DNA from: Mantamonas sphyraenae STR306
Taxonomy: Eukaryota > Protista > CRuMs
DNA: 64,000 nt
Assembly (NCBI GenBank): GCA_026936335.1
Contig: JAPMXV010000052.1
Coordinates: forward strand, 310,001-374,000
Direction of reading: 5' to 3'
Shown one piece after another: positions 1-12,421 of the stretch; position 1 is the stretch's first letter, and every line of letters starts with the position of its first letter. The position numbers and the translations under genes were made by a program. The notes below the pieces were generated by a model that had not been told where the DNA came from, searched no databases, and was given only the letters and a program-made list of their open reading frames with translations.

Positions 1-3000
1 GGCTTCCGTTGCCCAGGATGTCCAGCACGTTCAGGTACACCGCCATCAACGTCAGACTCAGTGCACATCCAAACACCACATTCAGCGACTGCGCACGCTT
101 TTCCACCACGCCCCGGAAAAACGACATCCCGTAGCACAGCACAAACACAGGCAGCGCCACAAGCGTCCGGATGATCGTCACATCCTCCACCAGCTTCCGG
201 TTGTCCAGAATGATCACGTCCGGCACCACAAACAGAAACGTCACCGAGATGCACACGAAAAACATCATCCGCAGCGTCGGCACAATCTGCACCCCCGTGT
301 GCTGTCCGTACCGCGCCTCCAACTCCTTGTCCGCAAACCCGCGCCACCAGTGCACAGGGTACCGCTCCAGCAGCGCACTCGGCGGAAGCTGCTCCCTCAG
401 CATGCCTTCCACCTCCTCCGCGCGAAACAGCTCCCGCCGCTCTTGCAACAGCATGTCGTTCCGCACAAACTGCCGCCGGTCTCCAATCTCCACCACCAGG
501 TTGCACAGGTACGCCGTCACGCACGTCGTCGCATACGTCACCGTGTACGCCTCTGCTTGTGACGGCGCCGCAATCGGGTCCAGCGAGAAAAACACGCCCA
601 GGATCGCCGTCGACACCACCGAAAACACCGTCGACCATTTCAGACGCATCCCAATGCCCAAGTTGCCCGCAACCACATAAATCGTCGACGTCGTCGCCCA
701 CACATACGGCAGCGGCGTACCCCGACGCACCACGTAAAACACAACCAGCGACGTGATGTTCACAATCAGCCCCATCGACAACAACTGCTCCTGGTACCGC
801 CGCGCCTTCTCCCAAAACAGCAGCCCAGCCACCACAAAGTTTGGCAGCGACCCCAGCAGGTACCGCAGCAGCAGCAGCGACACCACAGCCTCCTGCGACG
901 CCCCGCGCGCAGGCAGGCTGTAATCGTCCAGAAAGTAAAACGCCGCATGAGACACTCCCGACAGTGTCGCCAGCGTCTGGATCAGCCGCGTCGTTTGCCT
1001 GTCGTTCGCCGCACGGAACGTCCGCTCCTTCACCTCGTTCGCAAAACGCATCTGCGGCAGCTTCAGGAACGGCAGCACGTCGCCCGCAAGCGCACTCTGG
1101 TACTTTTTCAGCGTCTCCTTGTCCCGACCCACCATCACGTTCCCAAACACAAGCTGTGCCGACCCCACCTCCATCGCTTCCAGCTTCTCCAGCACGTCCT
1201 CGCTGTGCACCCACCCGTCCACCTCAATGTGCGCCGTAAACGAATGCTGCAGCTCCTTGTACCGGCTGTCTTCCCGCGACGGGAACCGCTCAAACACCTC
1301 GTGCGTCATGTGCGCCATCACCGCCCGCTCAACCTCCTCACTCATCGCCATCCGGCCCATCGCCGTCGTCTCCCGCTTGCTGCTCTTCCACCGAATTGCG
1401 TTTTCCATCGCCACCACCTCTCGCACAACCTCTCCCCGCAGCTCAAACAGGATCGGGTCGTGGCTCCCCAGCGCCTGTCCTGTGCCTTGCTCCACTGTCC
1501 CGTGGCCCAGCGCCCACGTCGCCGTACGCACACGCGCCTCTGTGACCCCGACGCGGTCTTCTTCTCCCTCCTCCCCTCCTGCCCTGCTCCTCGCTCCCCG
1601 CTTCCGCAGCGGCCGAACGAAATCCGTGTCAAACGGCCACTTTCGCTCTCTGCCCAGCCCCGTGCTCTGCTCCTCCAGCTGCGCGTTGGCCTCCCTCATC
1701 AGCGACAGGCCAAACTCGCTCCGCAGCTTCCGCATCACAAGCATCACCATCGCCGACGGATACGACGCCCCCTCTTCTGGCGACGTGCACGGACGCGACA
1801 GCACAAAGAAACTCTCGTCCGGCTTCACAATCACCCTCATGTGATACTTGGCCGCACTCACAATCAACTCCGCCAGCTCTCGGTTGTACCGAATCGGATT
1901 CTGCAGCGTCGGCCGCACCAGCAGGCAGAAACACGTTCGCGTCGCTTCCAACATCGAAAACGTGCCCACCTCGCTCAGCTTGATCTCCGACACGCTCGTC
2001 GTACGTGACACCGTCCTGTCCAGCTGCTCCATCTCCACTGCCTTTTTCGCCAGCACCGCAACCCCGTCACCGCCCACACCCTTCCCTGCTGCATGTGACC
2101 GGCGCCTATCCGTAGACACCATCACCGACTGTCGCTTTTGCTTTGCCTTCATGCTTGCCTCGCTCTCTGTCAGCAGCGATTCCGTCACGTGCTGAATCGA
2201 CGTCTCAAACATCTGCTGGTGTGCCACCAGCGTGCTCATGCAAAAGTTTGCTCGCTGCAGCGAGTCTCGCATATACAGTGACGACATACACGGCAGCAGC
2301 AGCATGTAGATAAGACCCACTTGCACAATCGAGTCAAACGTAGGCTTCACCACAATCAGAAACGGCGCACCAATAAATCCCACCAGCATCACCAACAGAT
2401 GCTGCCGCCGCGTCAAAAAGAACGACGACGTCGCATACACAAACGTTTTCTGTTGTAGCCCACACGTGCGTCAGTACCTCCTCCCTCCAGCAACACGCCA
2501 CGCCCTCAAAACTCACCAACCACGAATTCACATAGAAGATCTGATAGCCCCCTTCCGGCCCCAGAAACGCCGCAATCATCCCCACCACACTGTTGCACAC
2601 ACTCAACACCGTAAGCAACGTCTGCATGTGCCGGAACCACAACGGCGTGTAGCTCAACCCAAACGTCAACGCAAACACCGGCAGCACTGCCACACGTGCC
2701 ACAGCCATCGCCGCATAGTTCACTCCACCGATGCGCACGTCGTCGTTCAACGTGTACAAGTGCGTGCTCATAAGCAGCAGCATCCAGATCTGCAGCGCAG
2801 GGCGATTGTTTGTCGCCACGAACCGCTTGTACGACGCCTCGATCCGCCGGTCCCGAAATTCGTTGCTGTGCTCCTTCGTCGCATACATAGCGTACCGCCG
2901 CAGGTTCTCCAACTCCCTCACGTACTCCTCACACTCTTCTCGCGACCATTCCGCCATTTCCTTGCTCCGCTCCTCAAACATAGTCTCGTGCACCGCAAAC

Positions 3001-4789
3001 GCACGTGGCTTCTTACTCCCCTTGCTCGCCACCTCTTCCACTTCTCCCACATCCTCCTCTTCGTTGGCAAACAAGTCGCACACCAACGTGCTTCCCTCGG
3101 AAAACTCGCTCTTGTGCTTCGCCGGCTCAAAGTCTGCCAGCACTGCCTGCAGATTCACAGCACGCACAGCACGTCCAAACTCCTTGCCCGTTGCAGAGTC
3201 TGCATGCACCACAAACTCTCCCGCCGAGGCCAGCTGCGACACACGCGACACCAGGTCCAGCGCAGGCCCAAACGCCCCAAACCCCACAATCTCTCGCACC
3301 CCCACACGCACACGCAACTCGTACCCGCTCACCACACTCACAGAACACCGCTCGCCAAACTCTCGCAGCAGCGTACGTCCAATCTGCACAAGCCGGTTCA
3401 TCAGATCCCGCTTGTTTGCCAGGGCCTGGAACTGCGTCCCGCCTCCTCCATGCTGCTCGCTGCTGCCCTCTGCTTGTTGCAGCGCAGGATGGAAAATGTC
3501 CTGTCGCAATGGCCCAATCACCACGCAATCAGCGCTTCCCCCCATACGCCAGTGCTCAAGCATGTTCTCCTCGCACAAGTGCGCCAGCCTCGGTCCCACC
3601 TTGAGCAGACCCGTGTCTTTGCTCTCGTCGTCCCCTTCCCCGTCCACCTCGTGCACTCTCACCGCCATCAGCGTTGTCGTCCCGTGCAGCTCGTTGTTTC
3701 CCGCACCCGTCGCCGCCCCGTGCTCCCCCTGGCTCTCGTCTGCACTCAGCTTCTGCAATGCAACTTGGTACTCATACACAGCCCGTGCCAGACTCTCTCC
3801 AAACTGCAGGTGCATGTGCCGCTCCTTTGCCTGCTCGATCTGTGCAAACACCTGGTGCGCCTCCACCGTCGAGTAGAACTCCTTCACAAAGTTCAACTCC
3901 AGCAGAAAGTTCGACATCACTGCTGCGCCCACGTTGACCGCCCACTGAAAGTTGGCCGACCACCACGCCGCCTCCCAGTTTGCTGCCGACTCCGGCAGCA
4001 TGTCCTCGCCCCCGCCCAAGTGCCACACCAGCCCACTCAACCTCCCCACAAAGTACACAACCACATACGCCACAAACAAGCGCCGGATGCCCGCCGCAAT
4101 GTTCAGGTTCCTGTCCACCGCGTCGTGTCAGCGCAACCAACAAACCCGCCAGCGACTTTCCCGCTTTCGGCAATCCCCGACCTCCCACCCTTCTTCCACG
4201 CACACCACGCGCCCACGCGCTTCTCTCGCCAAACCTACAATGCCAGCAGAAACACCCACATGCCCATGCGTGGAAAACTGTTGGATCCAGTCACCAGGTC
4301 CAGGCCAACGTTCCCCAGCAGCGGCACCATCAGCGCCGTATACCACATCCGAGTGTACAACCAGCCCCAGTCTTTGCGATACGTGTAGTACACACCAATA
4401 GAAACCGCTGCATCCGTCCAGACCCGCCCACACCCGTGTCCTCTATGCGTCAGCCTCGCCCTCGTGCACTCATCCGGGAGTTCTCTCCCGCAGCCCGCAA
4501 CCCGCAACCTACGCATCACAATCAGCACTATGCGAATAGGGAGCCGCAGCAGCTTTGCTTCGAAACTGATCGTGCTCGCAAAGTCAAAAACAAAGAACAC
4601 CAAGTTGGCTATCACCGTAAAGATCCCCATCACCCGCGTCAACATCTTGAAGCGTCGTGCCACATACACGTCGTACAACCGCGCCAGCTCTGGCCGTTTG
4701 TGTTGCACCGTCAATGTCACATGCTTTTTGAAGCGCCCCAGTAGCACGTTCTGCAGCTTGTCTATGGCTGCGTCCCAAGGTCGGCTCAT
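1..4789 (-). CDS. Large multi-pass membrane protein with repeated TM blocks and degenerate class III nucleotide-cyclase-like domains (multi-exon; 3' end runs off the window)
   Basis: ATG at 4789 (MSRPWDAAIDK). ORF pieces 4235-5122, 4128-4433 and 2334-4118, plus a minus frame I read as open from ~2330 to 1. Hydrophobic blocks are preceded by adenylyl-cyclase-like 'F.D..LE..Y' leaders (FRDRRIEASY, FANEVKERTF, FADKELEARY). Cyclase-like segment ELRVRVGV..FGPALDLVSRVSQLASAGEFVVH. Confidence 0.55.
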
Positions 4790-4916
4790 CCACTTTGTTT
4801 TGTTTGGCTCGATGGGCTGGGTGTCTCCACACACATACATTCCCCCCTTCCACCACCCCTCTCTCTCTACTACTTCCCTTCCCCTCCGCCCCCACCCCCA
4901 CCCCCCGGCCAACCCA

Positions 4917-6572
4917 ATGTCACTCTCAACCGCCGCAAAGTCGGGCGACCTCCAATCCATCCTCCACCTCCTGTCGCTTCCCTCACCGGCACTCAACACC
5001 GCAGGACCCGACGGAATGACCCCGCTGGCGTGTGCGGTGGAACATGTGGACATTGTCAAAGCCCTCATTGAAGCTGGCGCCGACGTCAACGCGCGCTGCA
5101 CAGACGACACCACAGCCCTCATTCACGCTTCACACCACGTCGACACGGTGCACGTCCTTGTGCAAGCTGGGGCCGATGTCCACGCCGTCTGCAATTCCAT
5201 GCCCGTCCTCATGCACTGCCTCGACCACGCCCCGACGGTTCGTCTCCTTCTCCAAGCAGGCGCAACGGTCGAACATTCCGACAACACACATGCCAGAAGT
5301 GCCCTCACCATGGCTGTCGAGAAAGGCTACGTCGATTCTGCCCAGGCCCTCGTCGAAGCAGGAGCAGACGTCAACTTTGCAGGGGGCGTCTTTTTTCGCC
5401 CGCCCATCGTCACCGCCGCCGCAAGGAGCCAAACCTCTGCCGCGAAGCTTCTTCTCGACGCAGGCGCAGATGTGGAATGCGGTAGACTACAGCAAAACAG
5501 GCGCCCTAGCCTTTGCGGCACAACACACAACAACATCGAGCTCGTCGACCTCCTCTTGGCTTCCCATGCTGACGTCAACACTGTGTGCAACGACCACATG
5601 TCTGCTCTCCTCCACGCCTCTCTCCGAGGCCACGAGACCATTGTGGCCAAACTGCTTGATCACGGCGCCCGCACCGATGTTTGCGCAGCTCGCGGCAACG
5701 CACTGCATCTCGCCTGCGCCAACGCCCACACCGCCGTCGTCCACTTGCTTCTCGACGTCGGTATGGATCCAAACGATCTGGACAGCCACCAAAGCAACGC
5801 CCTCACCAGTGCCTGCGCCCTCAACGACACCGATGCCACACGCGCCACCATCCGTCTCCTCCTTGCTGCACAATGCCGCGTTCAAGACTATGCCCTCGTG
5901 TACGCTCTCAAAGCACTCAACGTCTACGCCGTGGCTGCTCTGCTCGAAGCTGGCGCCAACCCATGCTTCCAAACCCACTCTGGCCTCTCTCCGCTCAACT
6001 TTGCCCAGACTGCAAACGCCGCCCAGCTCCTCGTCGACGCAGGCGCAAACGTCAACGCCCCCTGTGTCCTCCACGATGCATGCGAGCGAGGGTTTGAAGG
6101 TGTCATCCGCGTCCTTCTTGCTGCCGGCGCAAACCCAGACCTTTGCGACGACGATGGCGCCACCCCGCTGATGCTGGCCATGCTGAGTGGAAGGACAGCT
6201 GTCGCTCAGATGCTCCTGGACGCAGGCGCAAACGTCAACGTCGCCAAGCACGACGGCTGGACAGCCCTCCACTCTGCCCTGCGCGGCCTGTGGTCGGGTT
6301 CGCTTTCTGCAACCCAGCTCCTCCTTGAAGCCGGTGCAGATGTCCACGCCACATGGAACGGTATCTCCGCCCTCGATATGGCCATCCGATGTGGCGAAGA
6401 ATCCATTGGCGCTCTTCTCGTCCGTGCGGGCGCAGATGTCAACGTCCTCGACCACGACCTCCGCTGTTGGCTGGTTGCGCTCATCAGCGGCCACAGCTAC
6501 AAGTGCCCAGACAAAGAGCCCCGTGTGGCAATCACACCCAGCGATGGCAAGCGCAGGCGAAATGGAATCTAG
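4917..6572 (+). CDS. Ankyrin repeat protein (~551 aa)
   Basis: Many ANK repeats (DGMTPLACAV, LIEAGADVN, DGATPLMLAM, DGWTALHSA). Likely ATG at 4917 (MSLSTAAKSGD) inside ORF 4464-6572. Confidence 0.9.
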   Translation: MSLSTAAKSGDLQSILHLLSLPSPALNTAGPDGMTPLACAVEHVDIVKALIEAGADVNARCTDDTTALIHASHHVDTVHVLVQAGADVHAVCNSMPVLMHCLDHAPTVRLLLQAGATVEHSDNTHARSALTMAVEKGYVDSAQALVEAGADVNFAGGVFFRPPIVTAAARSQTSAAKLLLDAGADVECGRLQQNRRPSLCGTTHNNIELVDLLLASHADVNTVCNDHMSALLHASLRGHETIVAKLLDHGARTDVCAARGNALHLACANAHTAVVHLLLDVGMDPNDLDSHQSNALTSACALNDTDATRATIRLLLAAQCRVQDYALVYALKALNVYAVAALLEAGANPCFQTHSGLSPLNFAQTANAAQLLVDAGANVNAPCVLHDACERGFEGVIRVLLAAGANPDLCDDDGATPLMLAMLSGRTAVAQMLLDAGANVNVAKHDGWTALHSALRGLWSGSLSATQLLLEAGADVHATWNGISALDMAIRCGEESIGALLVRAGADVNVLDHDLRCWLVALISGHSYKCPDKEPRVAITPSDGKRRRNGI

Positions 6573-6590
6573 TGCGCATCAGGTTTCCAT

Positions 6591-8147
6591 TCAGTTTTCC
6601 TCGTCATCCAAATCACCACCGCCCACAACTGCTGTCTCGTCGTCCTGGCGCGAGTACGACAGGCTCGAGGCGTCGTCGGGCCACATCGCGTACACCACGG
6701 TCCACACGTACACGTTGCTCATCCACAGGTTGAAGAAAAAGTTGACCGCAAAGTCGTTTGTGCCGGCAATGCGGATGAAGATGAAGATGACAAACATCAA
6801 AAAGAACCCTACCGCGGGCAGACCCAGGTACGCAAAGCGGTTGCGCAGCTCGGGCTTCATGCGCACCACCAGCATGCACTGGTAGGTCAGGTAGCCCAGG
6901 TAGCCCCAGATCACAAGCAGGATCACAAACGAGATGCCAAACAGCGCACGTGCGCCCTCCGCAACCACGTTTGTGCGGCTCGGGATCGGATCCACGCTCG
7001 CGCCTGCAATCACCCACATCGAGCCCACAAACAAAAAGATGCACAGCAGCGACACCAGCAGAACCTTGGGGCCGTAGAAGCGGCGGATCTGCACACGCAG
7101 CTCGTCCACGCGCAGTTTGTCCAGCACAATCATCCAGTACAGCAGAATAACGCCCACAAACACCGTCTCAAAGATCGACGACAGCACAGACACAAACACG
7201 CCCGGTGCCGCGTACGTAAACATGTAAAACGGGTCGCAGAACGCAATCAGCGCCACCAGCAGGCCAAACGCTGCCTTCTGGTCGTAGCTCCAGTCGCCAA
7301 AGTTGCGCATGCCCTGCTTGCGTGCAGCGTACAGGAATGCCACCAGCAGACCGATGTTCACCAGCAGCAGCGAGATGCGCCAGCCCAGCACAAACTGGCT
7401 GTATGCCGTGCTCATCGTGATGGCCGTCGCCTGCACGTCGCCCACCCAGCTGTGCGACTGGTTCACCACGTTGGTGAACGTCACGTCCAGGCGGTAGTCG
7501 TGCTGGTACAGAAACTCCTCAAAGAAGATCGTCACGTTCTTGCACTGATCCTGCTTGCTCGGGCAATCCAGCTTGTGCGACGACGTGTACGTGCGCACAG
7601 GCTTGTACGTGCCCGTCTCGTTGGTGTTCAGCGTCACCGTCACGTCCAGGTTCTTTTCCAGGCTGAAGAACGCGTTTTCGTTGTTGTACACTCCCAGCGT
7701 CACCACAAAGAACCTGTTCAGCGAGCTCACGTCGTTCACATAGATGGGCCACTTTGACGCAGGCTGCGCTCCTCCTGTGTGTCAGTTCCCTCTGCTCACG
7801 CGACACAAAAACGCCCTCGTGCACGTCCCCGCTTACGTTCTGCATCGCATAGCCGCCCAGGCACGCCAGGTTATGGTGTTCCGGCTTGCCATTCTTGTCC
7901 TTGCATCCGTATGCGTACGTCGTCTGCGTGTGGATGGGGTCCGGGCCTGTGTGTGCCCCGTGTAAGCTGCCTGCACGCGAAAAAAAGCAAAAGCAGCCGC
8001 CGCCCTGTGCGTGTACACCGAAATGCGCGAGCCCACCACCGCTCCAACTTACCCACGCCACCCACGATCAAAGCAAACGCCAGCATCGACACATACACCC
8101 CGATAAAGATGTAGAATTGCTTCTTTTCCCAAGCCTCGATTTTGTCC
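6591..8147 (-). CDS. TMEM181: TMEM181 (Wntless-like) multi-pass membrane protein, multi-exon; 5' end approximate
   Basis: Motifs SQFVLGWR..MRNFGDWSYDQK..IAFCDPFY and NVYVWTVVYAMWP resemble TMEM181. N-terminal TM exon (QFYIFIGVYVSMLAFALIVGG) at ~8050-8145. Confidence 0.7.
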
Positions 8148-8400
8148 CTGTGTTTCCGCCAGCCGCAGCGTACCCGTCAGCGTTTTTGCCCCTCCCTCCC
8201 ACCGTACAGCCCGCCTTTACCCATCCGTTCCCTCACACAATGCGTCCTTGGCTCCACCCCTTCTGTCACCCACGCATCCACCCGACACGACTCGGTTCGG
8301 CACCCTCTCCTCTCGCACACACGTACCAGGACATCTTTTCTGAACGGGCTTTTGCGTGTCTGCGCCGGCGCCGCCGCTCCAACTCAATACCTCCGCACAC

Positions 8401-10016
8401 ATGGGCATCAAGGGTCTTTCCCAGCTCATTGCTGACAACACTGTCGGCGCCATCCGCCAGAATGCCATCAAGGATTACTTTGGCCGGTACGTCCGTCCCC
8501 CACCCCTCCCCAAAACACCTGTCCCCTCTCCTGCAGCGTGATCATGATGATCACCCCCCGTCGCCGCCCCTTCCCGGCTCCTACCCCGTCCGCGCTCCCG
8601 CTTTGCCAACTCCCCCAACCCTCTAAACCCTCTTCCTCATCCCCCCACCCCCCCCTCCCACCCCCGCCTCGCCCCTTCCCCCCTCACAGCAAGGTGGCCA
8701 TTGACGCCTCCATGAGCATCTACCAATTTCTCATTGCTGTGCGCCAGGGCGGAGACCAGCTAACCAATGCTGACGGAGAGACCACCAGTCACTTGCTCGG
8801 TCTCTTTCACCGTACCATCCGCCTCGTCTCCAACGGCATCAAGCCCGTCTATGTCTTTGACGGCAAGCCGCCCGTCCTCAAAGGCGGCGAGCTCGCCAAG
8901 CGCAAAGAGGGCAGGGAAAAGGCCTCTGAGAACATGAAAAAGGCCCAGGAGGAGGGCGACGAGGAGAGTGTGCAAAAGTACCAAAAGCGCCTGGTCCGTG
9001 TCACCCCGGAACAGAACGCCGATTGCAAGAAGCTCCTCGGCCTCATGGGCATCCCCTATGTCGAGGCCCCAGGCGAAGCAGAGGCCCAGTGTGCCCAGAT
9101 GTGCAAGGACAAGGTTGTGTACGGCATGGCCTCCGAGGACATGGACTCCCTCACCTTTGGCGCTGGCATCCTGCTTCGCCACCTCACCTTTTCCGAGGCC
9201 CGCAAGATGCCCATCGACGAGTACCACCTCGACCGCGTCCTCGAGGGTCTCGGCATGCCCATTGACCAGTTTGTCGACCTCTGCATCCTCCTTGGCTGCG
9301 ATTACACCAGCACCATCCGCGGTGTCGGCCCAAAGACTGCCCTTAATCTCATCCGCGAGCACGGCGACATCGAAACCATCCTCGCCAATCTGCCCGAGGG
9401 CAAAAAGTATGTTGTGCCCGAAAACTTCAACTTTGAGGGCGCTCGCGAGCTCTTCAAGAAGCCCGACGTCATCCGCGGCGGCGACATCAAGCTCGTCTGG
9501 AAGGAACCTGACGAGCGTGGTCTCATCGACTTTCTGGTCGGCGAAAAGGGGTTCAACGAAGACCGTGTCATCTCCGGCACCAACAAGCTCAAGGCCGCCC
9601 GCGGCAAGAGCACCCAGGTCCGCTTGGAGAATTTCTTTGGCAAGCCCAAAGTCGTCAGCAGCGACACCGCCAAGAAGAAGCGCGAGCTCGAAGCCAAGGC
9701 CAAGAAGAACAAGAAGGGCACCACCAAGAAGAAGCAGCGTGTGTCCAAGGGCTCCTCCAAGCCCAAAAAGGCTACCCCGTCCTCCAGCAGCACTTCCTCC
9801 ACCGCCTCCAGCTCCGGCAGCGGCTCCTCCTCCTCCTCACTTTCCACCAGTGCTGTGGTGGCCAAGACTGAGCCCTCCACAGACGTCCACATCGAACTGG
9901 GCACCAAGCAAGAAGCCGACGCCGCCCAGTCCTCCAACCCCGTCGACCAAAGCAGCACCACCGATGTCAAAAAGATCAAAATCGAGCTGGAAACTGAAAC
10001 TGAAGTGACCCAATAG
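8401..10016 (+). CDS. FEN1: Flap endonuclease 1; exons 8401-8486 and 8690-10016
   Basis: MGIKGLSQLI..YFGR|KVAIDASMSIYQF, PVYVFDG, EAEAQCA, SEDMDSL, GCDY and PIP box QVRLENFF. GT-AG intron 8487-8689 restores the frame. Confidence 0.97.
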
Positions 10017-10112
10017 ACTCAGAAAAGAGCAACGACGATCCACAATCACCTGTTCATTGAGCATTGAGCAGTGAGCCCCGACCCCGCGCCTCGTCATCCA
10101 CCTCATCCTCCC

Positions 10113-11519
10113 ATGGTGCGTTCTGGCCCCTCCTTCGTGCTTCCTCCCCTCTCGCTCACACGGCCATCTGCAGCGCAAGCTGAAAAACGTCCAGTCGATC
10201 CTGGCACGGAACCTGCAGTCCAAGCCGCAGCGCCATTTGGTCGACTGCTTCTTCACGCTGCACAGCCTGCAACAGGGGGACACAGGCGACAGCAGCACCG
10301 GCGACCAGCACCAAATACACAACACACACTTTTACAACAGCGAGACTGAAATACGCACCCTGGTGAGTGGCCTTTGCCCTTTGCGCCGACCCAAAAAAGG
10401 AACGAGCTGACCCGCCTCCCTCCTCTCCCTTGCCCTTCCTTGGACCCACACACACACGCCCACAGAATCCCACCTGGAAGAGTCTCAATCTGCAGAGTGT
10501 CGACAGCTCCCAGCTGACGGCCCAGCACTTTGTCATCCGCCTCTGGCAGGCCGAGGATGCGGCGGGAGCTTTGGATGGCCGAAGCGACAACGACGCCGAT
10601 GCCACGGTTCAAGTGCTCTGCGAGTACACCGTCGATCTCGACGCCCTCCAGCGGCTAGGACCAGACGTACGTGGGACCATACCCTCTTCTTCACTTCATC
10701 CCGCCCCCTTTGCCTTCCCCATGCCATGCCTATGTGCTCCACGGCGTGCGTCGTGTCGCACGGGCCACTGGCGACCCTCCCACCCCCAATCCCACGTTTA
10801 CTCGCCCCCTCTCGCGACACACTCACACACGCACGCCCTACCTCCCCGGCCTCCCGCCTGCAGACACAAGTGTTGCAACGACTGCCAACCATGCCGGCCA
10901 ACACCGTGCTGTTTGAGCTGAACGATGGCCTGTACAGTTTCAGCCAAGTGGTCAGCCCCTTTGCTCAGCTGCTCGAAGGTCGCCAAAGCGTGCGCCTAAC
11001 CCGCCGCCTGGCTGCAGAAACAACGCGCTCTCGCCTGCAAGCCATTGTGTCTGTGCACGAGAAGCTCCAGGAAAGCAAGCAGGGCACCGACAGTGTGCTG
11101 CAGGACCTCGAGGCGCGTTTGCACCAACACTCGCGCTTTCTCTACCAAAAGCAGCGCCGCGAGGGATACCGCGCCAAGCTGTCCCTGCTCAAGCGTGAAC
11201 TCGCAGAAGCCCAACAGCGCGTGCAGGCCCAGAGACAGGCCAGCAAGGAGGAGCATGCACAGATGATTCCGCGCGCACGCGCCATTGCCGAGGGCCAAAT
11301 GGGCCTCCTCGCCTCCAAGCAGGACCTCATCAACGCCCAGCAAGAGTTGCGCAAACAGAAAGAGGTCCTGTTTGGTTTGTCCAAAGCCCTGCAACAGCGC
11401 AGGCAGTACCTTGTCCAGCAGCTCGTCAAGGTGTTTCCCGTCCGTGAGGTCGGCACCGAGCGATCGCGCCTCGAAAGCAGCAGCAGCAGCAGCGGCGGCA
11501 GCGGCGGAGTCAGCAGTAG

Positions 11520-11550
<31 letters not shown>

Positions 11551-12390
11551 GGCAGTGGCAACAACAACAGTGCAAGCAGCTCACGCACAGGCACATCGGG
11601 GTCAAAGATGACGTCTGACCAGAAAGCTCGCTTCCTCCAGTTTGCCAAACAGGTCCACGTTAGCTCACCCCTCATGTCTATCCGAGGCATCACCCTGCCC
11701 AATGGCGACTATAGCGGCTCCGACGAAGAACACATCGCCGCTGCCCTTGGATACACAGCCCAGGTCGTCGCCAAACTCGCCGACCTGCTCCAGGTCCCTC
11801 TGCGCTACCGCATCCGCCCGCTCGGCTCCCGCAGCATTGTGTGCGAAGAGATTTCGCAGCAGCCGCCCAACCACGAGTTTCCATTGTACAGCAAGGGCCA
11901 CGACAACCACCGCTTCGAGTATGCCGTCTATTTGCTCAACAAGAACATCGAGCAGCTGCTGCACACCGAGGAGCTCACCGGCGCCAACCTTAGCGACACT
12001 CTGCCCAACCTCCACTCCCTTCTCACCTGCTCCACCCTCGGCTCCGCAGCCTTTGCCCAAACCAACCAGTTCCAAGCCCTGGACGACCCGCGCGACCCAG
12101 GCAACGCCTCCAGCAGCAGCAGTGGCAGCAGTGGCAGTGGCAGTGGCAGTGGTAGTGGCGGCAGTGCGGGCTCCACCAACTCCTCAACATCCAAACGCTC
12201 TCGTCGCTCCAAACTCAACTCCAGCAAAACCACAACCGTCGTGCGCACAGACGACGACACCGACGAGGCTGAGATGCAGCGTGAAAAGGTGCTCATGGAA
12301 GGAGTCAAGCGTGACAGCATCCAAACAAGCCACAGTGCCGATGAAGAGGCAGGTGAGGCCAGCGGTGGCTTTGCCGCCGCCGCGCGATAA
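10113..12390 (+). CDS. UVRAG: UVRAG/Vps38-like PI3K complex II subunit (C2, coiled coil, BARA2), multi-exon
   Basis: RKLKNVQSILARNL, FYNSETE..NPTWKSL (C2), a coiled coil, AALGYTAQVV..LQVPLRY..GSRS..FPLY..FEYAVYLLNKNIEQL. Start inferred from ATG|GTGCGT..CAG intron 10116-10173. Confidence 0.85.
11477..11560 (+). repeat. Coding (AGC/AGT/GGC)n microsatellite, poly-Ser/Gly (similar tracts at ~12110, 14617, 24466, 37657, 54322)
   Basis: Direct inspection of the trinucleotide runs. Confidence 0.85.
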
Positions 12391-12421
12391 AGTGCCCAAC
12401 GTTTTCCTCCTCCGCCTTCCA

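Noticed and set aside
11642-12421. N-terminal 260 aa of the 979-aa ORF
   Set aside because: It overlaps the UVRAG CDS in another frame from a TTG start. The paralogue alignment supports ATG 12422.
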